Below, in pieces: positions 61,201 through 64,000 of a stretch of 64,000 nucleotides of DNA (the first letter of the stretch is position 1; every line of letters starts with the position of its first letter). Location of the stretch: contig OZ024759.1 in assembly GCA_964016885.1 (NCBI GenBank), forward strand, positions 5,270,001 to 5,334,000. The letters run 5' to 3'. A program made the translations under genes and the position numbers. Source of the stretch: Eledone cirrhosa. Taxonomy: Eukaryota. The notes beneath the pieces are model-generated. The model was given only the letters and a program-made list of their open reading frames with translations, was not told the origin of the DNA and did not search any database.

Positions 61201-64000
61201 CGGCCACATTACAGCGTGGACTGTCTGGCGGGTTTTCTACGGCTGGATGCCCTTCCTAACACCAACCAGATTTAGTGTGGGGTTGCGAGATTTTTACCGT
61301 GTTGCCTACACGGCCACATTACAGCGTGGACTCTCTGGCGGGTTTTCTACGGCTGGATGCCCTTCCTAACACCAACCACATTTACAGTGTGGGGCTGGGA
61401 GGTTTTTACCGTGTTGCCTACACGGCCACATTACAGCGTGGACTGTCTGGCGGGTTTTCTACAGCTGGATGCCCTTCCTAACACCAACCACATTTACAGT
61501 GTGGCGCTGGGAGGTTTTTACCGTGTTGCCTACACGACCACATTACAGCATGGACTGTCTGGCGGGTTTTCTACAGCTGGATGCTCTTCCTAACACCAAC
61601 CACATTTACAGTGTGGACTGAGAGGTTTTTACCGTGTTGCCTACACGGCCACATTACAGCGTGGACTGTCTGGCAGGTTTTCTACGGCTGGATGCCTTTC
61701 CTAACACCAACCACATTTACAGTGTGGGGCTGGGAGGTTTTTACCGTGTTGCCTACACGGCCACATTACAACGTGGATTGTCTGGCGGGTTTTCTACAGC
61801 TGGATGCCCTTCCTAACACCAACCACATTTACAGTGTGGACTGGGAGATTTTTACCGTGTTGCCTACACGGCCACATTACAGCGTGGACTGTCTGGCGGG
61901 TTTTCTACGGCTGGATGCCCTTCCTAACACCAACCACATTTACAGTGTGGACTGGGAGGTTTTTACCGTGTTGCCTACACGGCCATATTATAGCGTGGAC
62001 TGTCTGGCGGGTTTTCTACAGCTGGATGCTCTTCCTAACACCAACCACATTTACAGTGTGGACTGAGAGGTTTTTACCGTGTTACCTACACGGCCACATT
62101 ACAGCGTGGACTGACTGGCGAGTTTTCTACAGCTGGATGCCCTTCCTAACACCAACCACATTTACAGTGTGGACTGGGAGGTTTTTACCGTGTTGCCTAC
62201 ACGGCCACATTACAGCGTGGACTGTCTGGCGGGTTTTCTACGGCTGGATGCCCTTCCTAACACCAACCAGATTTAGTGTGGGGTTGCGAGGTTTTTACCG
62301 TGTTGCCTACACGGCCACATTACAGCGTGGACTGTCTGGCGGGTTTTCTACGGCTGGATACCCTTCCTAACACCAACCACATTTACAGTGTGGGGCTGGG
62401 AGGTTTTTACCGTGTTGCCTACACGGCCACATTACAGCGTGGACTCTCTGGCGGGTTTTCTACGGCTGGATGCCCTTCCTAACACCAACCACATTTATAG
62501 TGTGGGGCTGGGAGGTTTTTACCGTGTTGCCTACACGGCCACATTACAGCGTGGACTGTCTGGCGGGTTTTCTACGGCTGGATGCCCTTCCTAACACCAA
62601 CCAGATTTAGTGTGGGGTTGCGAGATTTTTACCGTGTTGCCTACACGGCCACATTACAGCGTGGACTGTCTGGCGGGTTTTCTACGGCTGGATGCCCTTC
62701 CTAACACCAACCACATTTACAGTGTGGGCTGGGAGGTTTTTACCGTGTTGCCTACACGGCCACATTACAGCGTGGACTGTCTGGCGGGTTTTCTACGGCT
62801 GGATGCCCTTCCTAACACCAACCAGATTTAGTGTGGGGTTGCGAGGTTTTTACCGTGTTGCCTACACGGCCACATTACAGCGTGGACTCTCTGGCGGGTT
62901 TTCTACGGCTGGATGCCCTTCCTAACTCCAACCACATTTACAGTGTGGGGCTGGGAGGTTTTTACCGTGTTGCCTACACGGCCACATTACAGCGTGGACT
63001 GTCTGGCGGGTTTTCTACAGCTGGATGCCCTTCCTAACACCAACCAGATTTACAGTGTGGCGCTGGGAGGTTTTTACCGTGTTGCCTACACGACCACATT
63101 ACAGCATGGACTGTCTGGCGGGTTTTCTACAGCTGGATGCTCTTCCTAACACCAACCGCATTTACAGTGTGGACTGAGAGGTTTTTACCGTGTTGCCTAC
63201 ACGGCCACATTACAGCGTGGACTGTCTGGCGGGTTTTCTACGGCTGGATGCCCTTCCTAACACCAACCACATTTACAGTGTGGGCTGGGAGGTTTTTACC
63301 GTGTTGCCTACACGGCCACATTACAGCGTGGACTGTCTGGCGGGTTTTCTACAGCTGGATGCCCTTCCTAACACCAACTACGCTTACAGTGTGGAACTGG
63401 GAGGTTTTTTCCGTGTTGCCTACACGGCCACATTACAGCGTGGACTGTCTGGCGGGTTTTCTACAGCTGGATGCCCTTCCTAACACCAACCACATTTACA
63501 GTGTGGACTGGGAGATTTTTACCGTGTTGCCTACACGGCCACATTACAGCGTGGACTGTCTGGCGGGTTTTCTACGGCTGGATGCCCTTCCTAACACCAA
63601 CCACATTTACAGTGTGGACTGGGAGGTTTTTACCGTGTTGCCTACACGGCCACATTACAGCGTGGACTGTCTGGCGGGTTTTCTACGGCTGGATGCCCTT
63701 CCTAACACAACCACATTTACAGTGTGGACTGGGAGGTTTTTACCGTGTTGCCTACAAGGCCACATTACAGCGTGGACTGTCTGGCGGGTTTTCTACGGCT
63801 GGATGCCCTTCCTAACACCAACCACATTTACAGTGTGGAATGGGAGATTTTTACCGTGTTGCCTACACGGCCACATTACAGCGTGGACTGTCTGGCCGGT
63901 CTTCTACGGCTGGATGCCCTTCCTAACACCAACCACATTTAGTGTGGGGTTGCGAGGTTTTTACCGTGTTGCCTACACGGCCACATTACAGCGTGGACTG
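34294..64000. repeat. 111-bp satellite DNA array (~267 monomers, continues past the window) with higher-order duplications
   Basis: Consensus GTTTTTACCGTGTTGCCTACACGGCCACATTACAGCGTGGACTGTCTGGCGGGTTTTCTACGGCTGGATGCCCTTCCTAACACCAACCACATTTACAGTGTGGACTGGGAG. Monomers are 109-112 bp, head-to-tail, with no insertions seen. Confidence 0.99.

Noticed and set aside
34057-64000. Many ORFs up to 623 aa with repeated peptides (VFTVLPTRPHYSVDCLAGF..., MPFLTPTTFTVW...)
   Set aside because: 111 bp equals 37 codons and two frames lack stops. ORFs switch frame at random 1-bp indels, so they are satellite artefacts.
34294-64000. CRISPR-like array or hammerhead-containing satellite
   Set aside because: There are no unique spacers, the context is eukaryotic with no cas genes, and the consensus monomer has no CTGANGA...GAAA core on either strand.

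Overview
Repeat-saturated animal genomic DNA, most likely an octopus or other coleoid cephalopod. This is inferred from the tRNA/CORE-type SINEs, (GAT)n-tailed RTE LINEs and KPYHCDIC-type C2H2 fingers. The left 34 kb holds three minus-strand exons of an EGF + F-type-lectin-like gene (7778-10077) among nested mobile elements: a Tx1/L1-clade LINE with an apparently open ORF2, decayed RTE LINEs with a PHD-like finger, a gag-less Ty3/Gypsy LTR element, a deleted Helitron, hAT, piggyBac and pogo MITEs, and SINEs. It also holds a C2H2 zinc-finger pseudogene and two minimal type-I hammerhead ribozyme motifs (31174-31238, 32422-32486) whose stem II differs in sequence but keeps its pairing. After a 200-N gap, 34294-64000 is one ~111-bp satellite (~267 monomers) with multi-monomer duplications of 1.1-7.1 kb. 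The monomer is a segment of the RTE 3' UTR, and that source sequence is present in this window. Two smaller arrays (72 and 61 bp) also trace to local transposons, and a 49-bp array sits at an RTE 5' end. All ORFs in the satellite are periodicity artefacts. Everything was read by eye, so element boundaries are approximate unless a junction is quoted.
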